Shown here in pieces: positions 1-11,029 of a DNA stretch of 64,000 nucleotides. The notes under the pieces were generated by a model. The model was not told the origin of the DNA. It searched no databases and was given only the letters and a program-made list of their open reading frames with translations. The DNA is from Cladosporium halotolerans (taxonomy: Eukaryota), in assembly GCF_011745625.1 (NCBI RefSeq), contig NW_027191454.1, positions 930,001 through 994,000 on the forward strand, in the 5' to 3' direction. How positions within the stretch are numbered: position 1 is the stretch's first letter; each line of letters begins with the position of its first letter. The translations under genes and the position numbers were made by a program.

Positions 1-783
1 TCCGCTCTCGCCCCAGTCGAAGTCCAACAGGTTGGCCGTGGGAATGGCCACACGTAGCTTCTCCGGATGAAACAGCAACATGAGCTTAGAATGCATGCAA
101 TTGATATTACCCGCCATAGAGGGGAAGCACAGGCGCAGAGACTTGCGCATATGCTCTGTCTGCTTCAGCATTTCGTCTTTCAAAGACTGCTCTTTCGCCT
201 GCATTACAAAGATTAACTTCGTCTGATCCATCTTCAACTTCCGAAACAGCCACTCGGTGTCCCACTGGAACGCAGACAGCACAGCCGTCTTGAGCGTTTG
301 TGGTTCGAGGACTTCTTCCAGTTTGATGTCTTTGCCGTTGCGCTCGTGACCAAAGGCCCACGTCTTCTTCACAACGCCTCTAGGATATTGCACGCTGCCG
401 GGTTTTGCTTGAGTCGTTTGCGACGCGGGTGGCGTGGTTAAATGTCCGTTTGCCGGGCCGGCAGTTGGGACAGCTCGCATGCTTTCATTAGCAGCTCGAG
501 CAATCGGTGTCTTTCGCGTCTTCTGGTCGTTTTGTATGGTCGTTGCGAAAGAAGTAAGCTTAGCTCCACTTGGCAGCTCGACAGTAGAGGCATCCAGTTT
601 GGGTGCTTTCCGAGCCTCACGTCTGGCTGGAGGCGAGATGGAACGCTCGCGTTTGTTGTTGCCCATGCGTTGACGTTGACGTGCTTCACGCTCACGTGCT
701 AAGGCTGCAAAGTCGACGGCGGGTTTTGAATGTTCTGGTTCCGTTACGGGCGTTTGTGATTTGTTTGTTTGGGAGGACGACAT
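1..783 (-). CDS. Tyrosyl-DNA phosphodiesterase (Tdp1/PLD-family) protein, 5' part; runs off the left edge
   Basis: Not in the ORF track. Manual translation from ATG at 783 (context TTCAACCATG) is open to base 1: MSSSQTNK...QYPRGVVKKTWAFGHER...AVLSAFQWDTEWLF...LRLCFPSMAGNINCMHSKLMLLFHPEKLRVAIPTANLLDFDWGESG. HSK and TANL...DW are Tdp1-family first active-site motifs. Confidence 0.85.
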   Translation of the reverse strand, partial: MSSSQTNKSQTPVTEPEHSKPAVDFAALAREREARQRQRMGNNKRERSISPPARREARKAPKLDASTVELPSGAKLTSFATTIQNDQKTRKTPIARAANESMRAVPTAGPANGHLTTPPASQTTQAKPGSVQYPRGVVKKTWAFGHERNGKDIKLEEVLEPQTLKTAVLSAFQWDTEWLFRKLKMDQTKLIFVMQAKEQSLKDEMLKQTEHMRKSLRLCFPSMAGNINCMHSKLMLLFHPEKLRVAIPTANLLDFDWGESG

Positions 784-1371
784 GGTTGAAAAATTGACAA
801 GTCGTTTGCCTGGAGAACGCCGGGTGATACCGCACACGCAAGGCCGATTCGGAAATTTTTCACGCTGACGGTGTAGAAGTCGACCTTTTACGACATGGTT
901 GATGTTTATCGGCGAAGTGAAGGAGCGATGCGTGCAAGGCAACAGCTGCGGCTTTGATGCCTGAGGCTTGTGGACAAACGCGCCGGCGAGCCGCACGATG
1001 ATAGAGGGCGACGGTCTTTTGATCGTGAGTCCAACTTTTGGCCGCATGAAGATGTCAAAAGTAAAGCTGGTTTCGGACCAAAACGGCTTGTCGATCGCTA
1101 GACCCTTGCATAGAGAGTGTTGTTGCAGGAGGAGTTGGTGCCGCTTGAGAGGTTGCATGGGGGTTGTTCTTGAACTGACCAATCAGCAGCGACAGGCGCT
1201 CAAGGACTCCACAGCGTTCCTTCATCCTGCAAGTGAATGCATTTCCTTCGATTCAACCCCCCATGCTGCCTAATACACATTAAAGGACTACAGCTTCAAT
1301 TGACCTAGGCCACTGAGGTTGTACATCCTCTTAGAACTCGAACACACAGGCTCCGTCTGGCCATCATCACC

Positions 1372-2055
1372 ATGCAATCACCCAGCTATGCAACCTCCCA
1401 TTCTCGCTGGATTGCCCTCTCGAAGCGTGACCCAGCCGCTCACTGCTCGTTCCTTTACGGGGTCAAGTCGACCAAGATCTATTGTCGGCCGACGTGCACA
1501 GCACGCCTTGCCAGAAGAGCAAATGTGGTCTTCTACGATACCACAGATGATGCTCGGCGCGATGGCTTCCGATCCTGTCAACGCTGTAAGCCAGATGATG
1601 TGGCTTTCGTTGGGCAGCGAGAGGAGACGGCCATGAGTGCTCTGAACTTTATGCGAACCGAGAAAGGCCACGCAGACACTACAAGCGGCCTCAAGGACCT
1701 CGCGAAGCAAGTCGGCGTTACTCCTAGCTACCTCTGCCGTGCGTTCAAACAAACCATGGGGACCACGGTTGGAGAGTATATGAGGCAATTTGAGATTAAC
1801 TCCAGTCGAGAAACACCATTGGAGCCATCAATCACTTCCACTACAAATACCCCGGATTCACTGACAACATCTCCCGATCCCTCCGCTGCAGGGAGTTCGT
1901 CGCGACATTCTATCGTCTCTCCCACATGCAGGCCCATGTCGCCAGTTAACGCCAACTTCAATCTAGTCATACTCGATGATGAGGCACTCAGAGCCGATTC
2001 TGATATCAACTTCGGTGACTGGATATGCTCCCAGGAGCTTGACCCCAAAGAGTGA
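1372..2055 (+). CDS. Ada-like methylphosphotriester-DNA alkyltransferase / transcription regulator (Ada Zn domain + AraC-type HTH)
   Basis: Ada metal-binding motif GVKSTKIYCRPTC...GFRSCQRCKP with four Cys ligands, then HTH LAKQVGVTPSYLCRAFKQTMGTTVGEY. No C-terminal O6-alkylguanine transferase domain. Intronless. Confidence 0.9.
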   Translation: MQSPSYATSHSRWIALSKRDPAAHCSFLYGVKSTKIYCRPTCTARLARRANVVFYDTTDDARRDGFRSCQRCKPDDVAFVGQREETAMSALNFMRTEKGHADTTSGLKDLAKQVGVTPSYLCRAFKQTMGTTVGEYMRQFEINSSRETPLEPSITSTTNTPDSLTTSPDPSAAGSSSRHSIVSPTCRPMSPVNANFNLVILDDEALRADSDINFGDWICSQELDPKE

Positions 2056-2512
2056 CCGAGCTCCCTGTGTAGCATGCTGAGCCAGCCGCACGATCGAATG
2101 CCTTCGGGAATCTCTATGACAGCGGGAGACAACTGTCAACAGATCAAGATCATCTGGGACTGGTCATCATCGAAGCGAAGAATGGCTGTGATTTACACTG
2201 CGTGTTTCAATCAGCAGCGAGAATGCAGGTTCAATCTCTCTAGCCAAGGATTTGCCGAGAAGATCTCCTTGACGATGAAGACCGTTCGTCTTCAAAGGTC
2301 GGCAAACGTAAGCTGCGATTGCAAGTCGGCTTCACTCGACAGCGCAACCAGCATGGAGTAGCAGGGCATAGAGTTACCCGAGTGCACTCAATACACCAGG
2401 ATAGCGATTAAGCGGTCCTCGTGACATTCGAGATCAAGGGCGCAGACGCATCGCCTGGGCACACTTGAGAAGCCATGCTTAGATAGGGCGATGTTATCCT
2501 TGAAAGGAACAT

Positions 2513-3265
2513 TCACTCTCCTTTCGCTTCTGGCTTCTTCCACACCCTGACACTCCTCTCGAACCCAATTTCGTCCCTCTCCCAGCCATCAACCTGCTCC
2601 CACCCAAGCCCAGCCAGTGCCTTGGTGAAAGGTGGCTGCAACTCCAAGTTCTTGAAGTTCGCCTTCAGGCTCGGGCACTTCTTCGCCGCCCGCCTGTAAT
2701 TGGCCCAATCCTGCGGCTCCAGAACGAGGAATCCTCCAGGAGCGACTACTTCCAGCAATCGCTCGAACAGAGTCGTCAAGATGGCGTCCGAGTTGTTGAG
2801 ATGCACCCACTTGACGACGCTCAGCAACAACACCACATCCCACTGCCCCGCCGCATCGCCCTGGAACGGCCAAGTGTTGGCGAAATCAAACTCCTCGAAA
2901 GTCACGTTGCCCACACCTTGGCCCGCCGCCAGGGCCGTCTGCTTCGCCTCGCGGGCGGAAGCGACAAGGCCAGCGTCAATGTCGACACCTACCACTTGTG
3001 AGACGCCGAAGTGGGTCGAGAGCTCGAGCGTAAGCTTTCCAGCGTTGCACCCAAGATCCAGAACTCGACCCTTGCCTTTGACGAATGATGCCAGCTGCGT
3101 TAGGCGAGGGTCGGGTATGAGCTCGCTGCGGAAGGAGTAGTAGGATTTGTAGTTTCCAAAACGATGCGCTTCGTGATTTTGCTTGTTTCGTTGATTTTGC
3201 GTGAGGACTGATATGCTGTCTTCTGAAGTCCTGAGACCCTCGGCTTGAGAGTCCAGAGTCGACAT
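2513..3265 (-). CDS. Bin3/MePCE-family SAM-dependent RNA methyltransferase (methylphosphate capping enzyme-like)
   Basis: Family motifs FGNYKSYY, VLDLGCNAG (SAM motif I), VGVDID, LSVVKWVHLN, LVLEPQDWANY. Intronless 250-aa ORF. Confidence 0.85.
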   Translation of the reverse strand: MSTLDSQAEGLRTSEDSISVLTQNQRNKQNHEAHRFGNYKSYYSFRSELIPDPRLTQLASFVKGKGRVLDLGCNAGKLTLELSTHFGVSQVVGVDIDAGLVASAREAKQTALAAGQGVGNVTFEEFDFANTWPFQGDAAGQWDVVLLLSVVKWVHLNNSDAILTTLFERLLEVVAPGGFLVLEPQDWANYRRAAKKCPSLKANFKNLELQPPFTKALAGLGWEQVDGWERDEIGFERSVRVWKKPEAKGE

Positions 3266-3696
3266 CCTGTAAATGCGACTCGGTTTCGTTTCTTGAAAGA
3301 TTGTCGAATTCGAGGCAGAATTTTGCCTTTCTTGAACAAAGTTGTTCGTATATGTCGATTATCTCTTCCAAGACGCTCAGGATTTATCTGGTCCTAATGA
3401 ATGCTAGATGAGGATTTTTTTTTTTCGTTTTTCTCCCAAACCATATGTATCACAATCTTCTCATTTTATTTACCGCAGAATCGGAGTCACCCATCTGCCG
3501 AATATTGGTGGGAAATATCGCGGACCGATTCCGTCTTGCCTCTTTTGGCTCCAAGGCCCACTACAAGTAGGGCGCGAGATGATGGCCTTTCAGAGTCCTT
3601 GAACTTTTGTTTATTTCATTTATATATATCTGTCTCTGGCGTTCGAGCTATAGATTTTTGCGCAGCATACACAGGCACTCACATTCCATAAGCATA

Positions 3697-5361
3697 ATGA
3701 CAGTCAGCAAGCCCACGAGCAATGGAACATCCAACGGACGGCGGTCCGGACTCGATGAACGAACAGTGCCGCCAATGGGGATGACAGGTCAACAGTTTCA
3801 AGATGCAGCAATATCCACCGTCAACGAAATTGAAAGGTACTACTCGACTCTTTCCGAACGATCCGTCGTCCCATCAATCTCTCCTGGCTACCTCCAGAAA
3901 CTACTCCCCAGCGAAGCACCACAACAAGGAGAACAATGGGACGCCATCGCCCAGGATATCGAGAGCAAGATCATGCCCGGTGTCACGCATTGGCAAAGCC
4001 CCAAATACATGGCCTTCTTCCCGGCCAACAGCACCTACCCTAGCATCTTGGCTGAGATGTGGAGCGCGGCCCTGACGGCACCGGCGTTTAACTGGATCTG
4101 CTCGCCCGTCGTGACGGAACTCGAAACGGTCGTCCTCGACTGGCTCGCGAAGGTTCTGGGTCTCCCCGATGCCTTCCTATCGACGGCACAAGGCGGCGGC
4201 GTGATCCAGGGTTCCGCCAGCGAAGCCGTCGTAACCGTCATGGTCGCCGCTCGCGAACGCTTCGTCACCCGCCAACTAGAGCGCGAGAACATCACCGACC
4301 CGGAAGAAGCAGAAGACCGCGCGTGCGAGATCCGATCGAAGCTCGTCGCTCTAGGCTCCGAGCAAGCGCACTCCAGCACCAAGAAGGCCGCCATCATCGC
4401 CGGCACCCGCTACCGCGGCATCACCGCCTCGCGGACCGACGACTACGCCCTCACGGGCCAGAACCTCCGTCAAAAACTCGAAGAGCTCACAGCCAAGGGC
4501 CTGCAACCATACTACCTAACCGTCAGTATCGGCACAACCAACACCTGCGCCGTCGACGACTTCGCCTCCATCGCCGCGGTCGCCAAAGACTACCCCGACA
4601 TCTGGATCCACTGCGACGCAGCCTACGCGGGCGCCGCCCTAGTCCTCCCAGGAAATCGCCACCTAGCTCAACAAATGAGCCTCGTCGACTCCTTCGACAT
4701 GAACATGCACAAATGGCTGCTGGCCAACTTCGACGCGTCGGCACTCTTCGTGCAAAGCCGCGCCGACCTCACGCGCGCCCTCAGCATCACGCCCGCGTAT
4801 CTGCGCAACCAGTTCACCGACGCGGGCCTCGTCACCGACTACCGCGACTGGCAGATACCACTGGGCCGCCGCTTCCGCGCGCTCAAGATCTGGTTCGTGC
4901 TGCGTACGTGGGGCGTCGAGGGCCTGCAGGCTCATATCAGGCACCATGTGAGGTTGGGCGAGCTGTTTGCGGAGCTTGTGAGGTCGAGGAGCGATCTTTT
5001 CAGCATTTTCACGCCGCCGGCGTTTGCGTTGACGGTGATTACGGTGAATGCGAGGAAGGGGCGGAGGGCGGATCTGGAGGATGCGGCGCAGAATGGGGAG
5101 GATCCCAGGCCGTACGAGGAGAGTCAGAAGGTCGTGCATCCGCAGGCGGATGAGAAGGAGCTGGAGGCGGCGAACAAGGCAACCGAAGCGGTCTACAAGA
5201 TCATTGACGAGAGAAAAGAATTCTTCCTGACGTCGACGGTGATCGGGGGCGTGTTCGCCATCCGTGTCGTGTCGGCCAATCCGCTGGCAGAAGAGAAGTA
5301 CGTGCGGCAGGTGTTTGAGGAACTGGTCGAGGCTGCGGAGAAGGTGTTGACGGCTGCATGA
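3697..5361 (+). CDS. Aromatic-L-amino-acid decarboxylase (group II PLP-dependent)
   Basis: PGVTHWQSP, GGGVIQGSASEA, AHSS, HCDAAYAG, SFDMNMHKW (PLP Lys), PAYLRN, DWQIPLGRRFRALK. First ATG at 3697. Confidence 0.93.
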   Translation: MTVSKPTSNGTSNGRRSGLDERTVPPMGMTGQQFQDAAISTVNEIERYYSTLSERSVVPSISPGYLQKLLPSEAPQQGEQWDAIAQDIESKIMPGVTHWQSPKYMAFFPANSTYPSILAEMWSAALTAPAFNWICSPVVTELETVVLDWLAKVLGLPDAFLSTAQGGGVIQGSASEAVVTVMVAARERFVTRQLERENITDPEEAEDRACEIRSKLVALGSEQAHSSTKKAAIIAGTRYRGITASRTDDYALTGQNLRQKLEELTAKGLQPYYLTVSIGTTNTCAVDDFASIAAVAKDYPDIWIHCDAAYAGAALVLPGNRHLAQQMSLVDSFDMNMHKWLLANFDASALFVQSRADLTRALSITPAYLRNQFTDAGLVTDYRDWQIPLGRRFRALKIWFVLRTWGVEGLQAHIRHHVRLGELFAELVRSRSDLFSIFTPPAFALTVITVNARKGRRADLEDAAQNGEDPRPYEESQKVVHPQADEKELEAANKATEAVYKIIDERKEFFLTSTVIGGVFAIRVVSANPLAEEKYVRQVFEELVEAAEKVLTAA

Positions 5362-5714
5362 TTTATACGAACTTTACGAATTGTAGCTACTGGCGTACAC
5401 AGCTGCATTTACGTTACTCCTTTTCCGCCATGTAATCACATATTTCCGTGCTGCTCGGGAAGCTGAGAAATCTCAGTGATCCCCGAGTAGGTCATGGAGC
5501 TTCCACGATTTCTACATAAGCATTAGATAGCGACAAGGATCTTAAGACTACTCGAGAGACATGTCTGGAAGAGATGTGACCATTCCAATGACGCATAACC
5601 GTCGTTATATTCGTGGTACCTGGAGCAAAAGGCTACTGACCATCAGACCCAGCAAGCCCACCATATTCAAATGTCCCGTAGTTTTATATTCATGACCAAG
5701 TCTCATCCAGACAT

Positions 5715-6525
5715 CTACTGCTTAGCGTTGATGATGTCGACGAAAGCGGGCTTCAAGCTGGCGCCGCCGACGAGGAAACCGTCAATGTCGGCCTCCTTGG
5801 CGAGGTCGCGGCAGTTCTTCTCGCTGACGGAGCCACCGTAGATGATGCGGGTGGAGTCGGCGACCTGCTGGCCGAGCTCCTTGGCCATCCAGGCGCGGAT
5901 GCCCTTGTGGACCTCCTGGGCCTGCTCGGTGGTCGCGACCTTGCCGGTGCCGATGGCCCAGACGGGCTCGTAGGCGACGACGATCTTGCTCCAGTCCTGG
6001 ACCTGCTTGCTGACGGCGGCCAGCTGCGCAATGACGACGTCCATGGTCTTGTTGGCCTCACGCTGCTCGAGAGTCTCGCCGCAGCAGAGAATCACGCCGA
6101 TGCCGCCGTCGATGGCAGTCTTGGTCTTGTTGGCGATGAACGCGTCGCTCTCCTGCAGGATGACGCGGCGCTCGCTGTGGCCCAGGAGGGTCCAGGTGAT
6201 GTTGGAGTCCTTGAGCTGCTCGACGGAGATCTCGCCGGTGAAGGCGCCGTTGGGCTTGTCGAAGACGTTCTGCGCGGCGACCTCGATGCCCTTGCGGGCG
6301 TGCTCGCGGGTGAGGAGGAGGTAGAGGGCGGGCGGGGAGATGACAACCTCGGTGTTGGGGTCGACCTTGGCGTCGTTGAGCTTGTGGACGATGTCCTTGA
6401 TCGACTCAATGGTGCCGTTCCTGGATGAGGAGGGGATGTTAGCTGTGTTGTTGCTGCCACGGTGAGTGCTGAGGTGGGGCAGCGCACATCTTGAAGTTGC
6501 CGCCGACGAAGAATTGACGAGCCAT
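5715..6525 (-). CDS. TPI1: Triosephosphate isomerase; exons 6525-6488 and 6420-5715
   Basis: MARQFFVGGNFKM/NGT, GAFTGEIS, LGHSERR, AYEPVWAIGTG, DGFLVGGASLK. 67-nt intron 6487-6421 (GT...GCTAAC...CAG). Confidence 0.97.
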
Positions 6526-7290
6526 GATTGCGGTATTGTGAGGTGTGTGGTTTGAGTGGATGGTATTGGTCCTGAAAAGGTTGAGTTGGGTTGTTAGAGA
6601 AGTGTAGGTGACACAGCAGCGACCAAGGTGGGAGGTTTTGCTCGACCGTCAACCTTCACCCCCACCAAAAATATTGCCCCACATGACCTCAGAGCAACGA
6701 GCGTCCCAAAGGTCCCGTTGTTCTGCCAGCTGTCCGACGATGCCCGAACTGCCTTGCATTTACGGAACATTGCGGAAGAGTGCATGTAGGAAAAGACACA
6801 TAGATTGCTCCTGCAATGCAGAGAGGTGGTTGTGCCATCGTGATGGAACATGAATGACTTGGCGAATACTACTTAAGGCGAATTTTCCATCCCTCCCGCC
6901 AATGCTTTGCAGCTTACCATGCTATGTCGCCTTGACGCCTCGTAATGGTACATGTACTGGCTCAAAAGACAGTGTAAACCTCAAAACATACTCGCAAGAA
7001 ACATAATCGTGCAGCAAAGCAAAGTAAGGAAACGGAGCCTCCCGATTCCTCGCCCGAAGTCGTCCACCGCCGATTTGGTGATCGCTGAAGCTGTCGATGC
7101 GAGCCGGTGCTTACCCTTGAGGAGGTAGTCCGACTCACCGTTCGTATTGCGCTTTCTTGCTGAATTAATGTATGCTGCTTGAAAGTCTCCGGCTTTCAAC
7201 GAGACCTTTCGATCTACGCCCTGAAGGTGCTGTGGCCGGTGCTGTGGCCTTGATGAGATGCCGAGTACAAATGTCGTGTCAAGCTTCCGT

Positions 7291-8433
7291 TTAGTATCGG
7301 CGTCTGGACCTGGGATCATCATACCCACCGCCATCGTATGGTCTCTTTTGTCCTGCGTATCCGCTATCGCGGTCACGGTCGCGGTAACTGCCACCACGAT
7401 CGCCACCACGATCGCCTCCACGGGGAGGCAGAGGTTCGAAATTAGCGTTGCCACGAGAACCGCGATCGTCAAAGCCACGACCCCCGTCGCGACCGCCGTC
7501 ACGGCCTCCATACCCACCACCAGATCGAGGGCCCATGGGTGCTCCGTCGGGCGCTCCGTAGCCGCGGTCTCCGAAGCGTCCACCGCCGCCGAAGCCGCCA
7601 CCGCGACCACCACCACGTCCGCCTCTGAATCCGCCACGGTCGAACCCGCCTCTGAAGCCACCACGGCCGAAACCACCAGGACCCGACGGCGCACCATAGC
7701 CCATTGGTCTCGGGACAGGAGCTTGTGTGTAGCCGCGACCGCCTAGGCCCCCGCCAAAACGGCGCGGGCGCCAGCCATTGACGGTGCGGCCGCGCTCAAC
7801 ATCAACGACGACCTTACGGCCCTTCAGGCGAAGATTCTCAGTTTCCTTGTAAGCGGCTGTTTGGGGAGAAAAAAGCCTAATGTCAGCACGGTTCGATACT
7901 TACCACAATCGCTGTGGATCGTCAGTAAAGGCGGGGGAGGGTTTACCTTTCATGTCACGCTCTCTCTCATACACGATGAACGCATAGCCAAGCGGCTTGC
8001 CCTTCTTCTTCGGGTTCGACTCGCCCGTGTTTACCGGCAAGCGCACTCTCTCGAGGGGGCCGAAGCGGCTGAACTCGCGCTCCAGGTCCTTGACCTCCGT
8101 GTCATAGCTCAGACGCGAGACAAACAGCGTGCGGTAGGGGTCGCCGCGGATGTTCTTGTCCTCCTTGGGGTTGTACAGTTCTTTAAAACCTTCGCCCATC
8201 AGCCACTTCTGGTGGGCTTCTTTTTCCATCCTCGTGCGATCCTTCATTTCCACCCATGATTCCGTCGGCTTGTAGTCGCCAAACTCCTCCTTTAGCTGGG
8301 GCAGGTATTGCGCGACGCCATCGATGTTGGCGGTCTTGCGCGCTTCCGGCGGGATGTCATTAGGCGGGAGATATCGGAGCGGAGGGCGCGCCGCGAAGAG
8401 CGCGAGCAGGTTGGGCGGGAGTTTGTCGGTCAT
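7291..8433 (-). CDS. SNP1: U1 snRNP 70 kDa protein (U1-70K/Snp1); exons 8433-7947 and 7856-7291
   Basis: [25 protein letters not shown]-terminus, RRM ([17 protein letters not shown]), spliced continuation MKAAYKE...[28 protein letters not shown]-rich tail. Intron GTAAAC...GCTGAC...CAG; 1053-nt CDS in frame. Confidence 0.93.
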
Positions 8434-8806
8434 GTTGACTGAAATGTGTAGCTTAGGGGGTTGCTGGAGGCGAGTGTCGCACTGCCAGAGCAGCACTTTC
8501 GTGGCCGAGTGCCTGTTGATGAAGCCAAGCTAGGCGTGACGCGACAAGTAGTGTGGAGGTGAGCTCAGCACTTATGGAAGCCGAGTCTGTGGAATGTTCA
8601 AGCGGTCTTGCGAGGAGTGAAGTCGTCGTGGTTTGTTAGGGTCAAGCGCGTGCGCAACAGCTCACACGAAAGCCAGCCAGGGAAGTCCGCGGGAAAGCGA
8701 AAGCGCGGCGCGCCAAGGCTTCCAGAACGGGACATCCTGCGGGCATGCGACTTCGATGTTCAGGCGAGCGACCAGGAATCTGCGGTGGTGAGCACAGCGC
8801 GTCAAA

Positions 8807-9334
8807 ATGCCTCTCACAGCTCTACGGTCAGTGGCAAAGCCACAGGTGAGAATCACTACTTCTGCACTTCACAACGTGTTCTGACAACTTCCCCAGAACG
8901 GCGTCGGCGCCTTCATTCTCCAGTGCAAGCGCCTGGACTTCCATTATTGCGACTGGGCTGGCAGCAGCAGAGGAATGAAGTAAGTCCGATCCTTCACTCA
9001 CATGAAGACTTTCAGATGATCTAACAAAACCCTCTCCATCAGCGCCTTCCTCAAATCCCACCTCGAAGCCTTCGCGCGCGCCAACCCCCAAATCGAAGTG
9101 ACCGTATCCCCTCGACCCGGCCGGCACCCCGTGCTGCGCGGCAGCTACGTCAACGGCAAGGAGAAGTCCATCTGTGTGCGCAACATGGAGCCGAACCAGA
9201 TTCTGGAGAAGGCGACGCTGCTGCGCAACGCGAGCGGCGAGAAGCTGAAGAGGGTCACGAGGCCCGTCAAGAGTTTGAACGAGAGTGTGAGAGGTATCTG
9301 GGATCCGTTCCACGGACAGAAGTACCAGGTGTGA
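8807..9334 (+). CDS. MRPL51: Mitochondrial large-subunit ribosomal protein mL43 (MRPL51); exons 8807-8845, 8897-8979, 9043-9334
   Basis: Spliced translation MPLTALRSVAKPQ/NGVGAFILQCKRLDFHYCDWAGSSRGM/NAFLKSHLEAFARANPQIEVTVSPRPGRHPVLRGSYVNG...SVRGIWDPFH. Canonical GTGAG and GTAAG donors. Confidence 0.92.
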
Positions 9335-11029
9335 AGCGCCTTGCGGCGGTTCTTGGTTTCGAAAAAAGGGCTTGTACGATCAAGGACAGTGTACAGATAT
9401 CACGGAGGGATCACATTCTGTTTGCATTTGGGTGGCGTATATTCATCAGGCTAGAGGGATACCAATCAAAGCGTTTGCTTTCTCGCACGAGTGTCTTGTT
9501 TTCTTCAGCCGGTCGAGAGCTTCAGAAATTCCCAAGGGATTATAGCTTTCCATCCGAAGCCGTGCTTTGACGGGCATGCACAGCATCCAGGTACTAGAAT
9601 TTTTCCGCAGGAAAAAGTGACCGCTGAAGACACGCTTACAGAGACACACTGATCGATGAGCGCGTCTAGACAATCCACCAACACTAGGTACTTTTTCACG
9701 ACCATTTACTTGGAGCCTCGACAACACATCCCCATTACAACCCGCAAACTCGGCCGTGCCATACCCTGGTGACCTAAGGCCCATCGTCTGCTATGCACTA
9801 CTGCATTTCAGCCCGCACGCCACTTGCGTGCTCGCGAACGCCTTGAATAGCTTTCCTGCCGCCGTGTTTTCGCTTACACAGCTCTAAAGCTGCTCCGAAC
9901 TCGTGCCCCCGGGCGCGACTAGGTCAAAAGATCATTAATTAAAAGCGTGCGCGAGTCAGGAACAGCAGTGCATCTCTGTTGCCAGTCGCGAGTCCTTGTA
10001 GCGTCGATTTGACGGGGCAATGCTGGTTGGTATCAATATCCTCGAAATAGGGCAAGAGTCGCCCTTGAGAGGCAGCCTTGAGCAGTTCGCCTGGAGCTAG
10101 AGCTGAAGCTGTAGATATCGTAAGGTTACAGTAGGCCTTGCTCAGCAGGGCAAAGTCACAGCCCTCTTTTGCGAGATGAATTGTTGTCCAGCACGACAGT
10201 GTCCTGTCCGCGGCCAGCGTATATCTCTAGCATGGGAAACGCTGTCACGTCTAAGACACGACCCGGCATATCACCGGTACTAGTGCCGAGAAGGTTGGAG
10301 ATCGGACGAGCGCTTTGCTCGAGCGTAAAGCGATGGCTGGGACGGTTGCCTTTGAGACCATTCAGACAAGGCATCCTGGCGGAAAGCTAGGCGAAGCCCT
10401 TGGGTATTCATCGGCATGCGTGCCTGAGGGTTTCTCAGCGGTTGCTGCGAACTGTTCTTCGTGGCGACATGCAGGTGTGCTGATGGCTGTGCTGTGCATT
10501 GTTATGCAGATGGCTGTGCAGGACACTGGACTTGGCGAGCAACGTCGCTCGCAGCGACATGACTTTGCTATGACAATCCCGTGCAGAAGCCAAGGCACGA
10601 ACGCCCGCAAGCGCCTCGGAAAGGCGCGAATAATGTCTGATACCTCACCACGCTTGCATACCGGCGGCAACAGTACCGGGGCGCAAGGCTGACGCACAGA
10701 GCAACAGGCGAGCGTCACGCCCACCACGCCCTCTGCCGGATCCTCGGGAACCTTACGTCAGGCGGATGTCGGGGGATGGAGCCCTCATGATCATCCGAGC
10801 CTCGTCCTGCGATCTGATGGATTAAATTTGGCACCGCCATGCGCCGTTCGCGCGCCGCGATGGCGCGCTCTGTGGCCGTCTCGTTGTCTTGCGGTCTCAC
10901 TTCCTGTAGCCACAAACCAGACTGAGCTTCACTCTCGCGAACGCGCGCAATAGCGAAACCAACCACACACCCTCCCTCGAGATCACAATCAAACCCACCT
11001 GACCGAGCACCACACGCAAACCCACAACC

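Noticed and set aside
5700..5730. Cryptic peroxisomal targeting of TPI by stop-codon readthrough
   Set aside because: The protein ends AKQ-TAG; readthrough adds only MSG before TGA. No PTS1 and no TGA-CTA context.
5907..6428. Long antisense or shifted-frame ORFs over TPI1 (and similarly over VAC8, SPB1, DUG3, Aro80-like)
   Set aside because: Explained by strong C/G third-position codon bias of the real gene; no independent coding signal.
9400..11000. Short ORFs between MRPL51 and the Pmp3-like gene
   Set aside because: No homology cues, splice pattern or codon bias.
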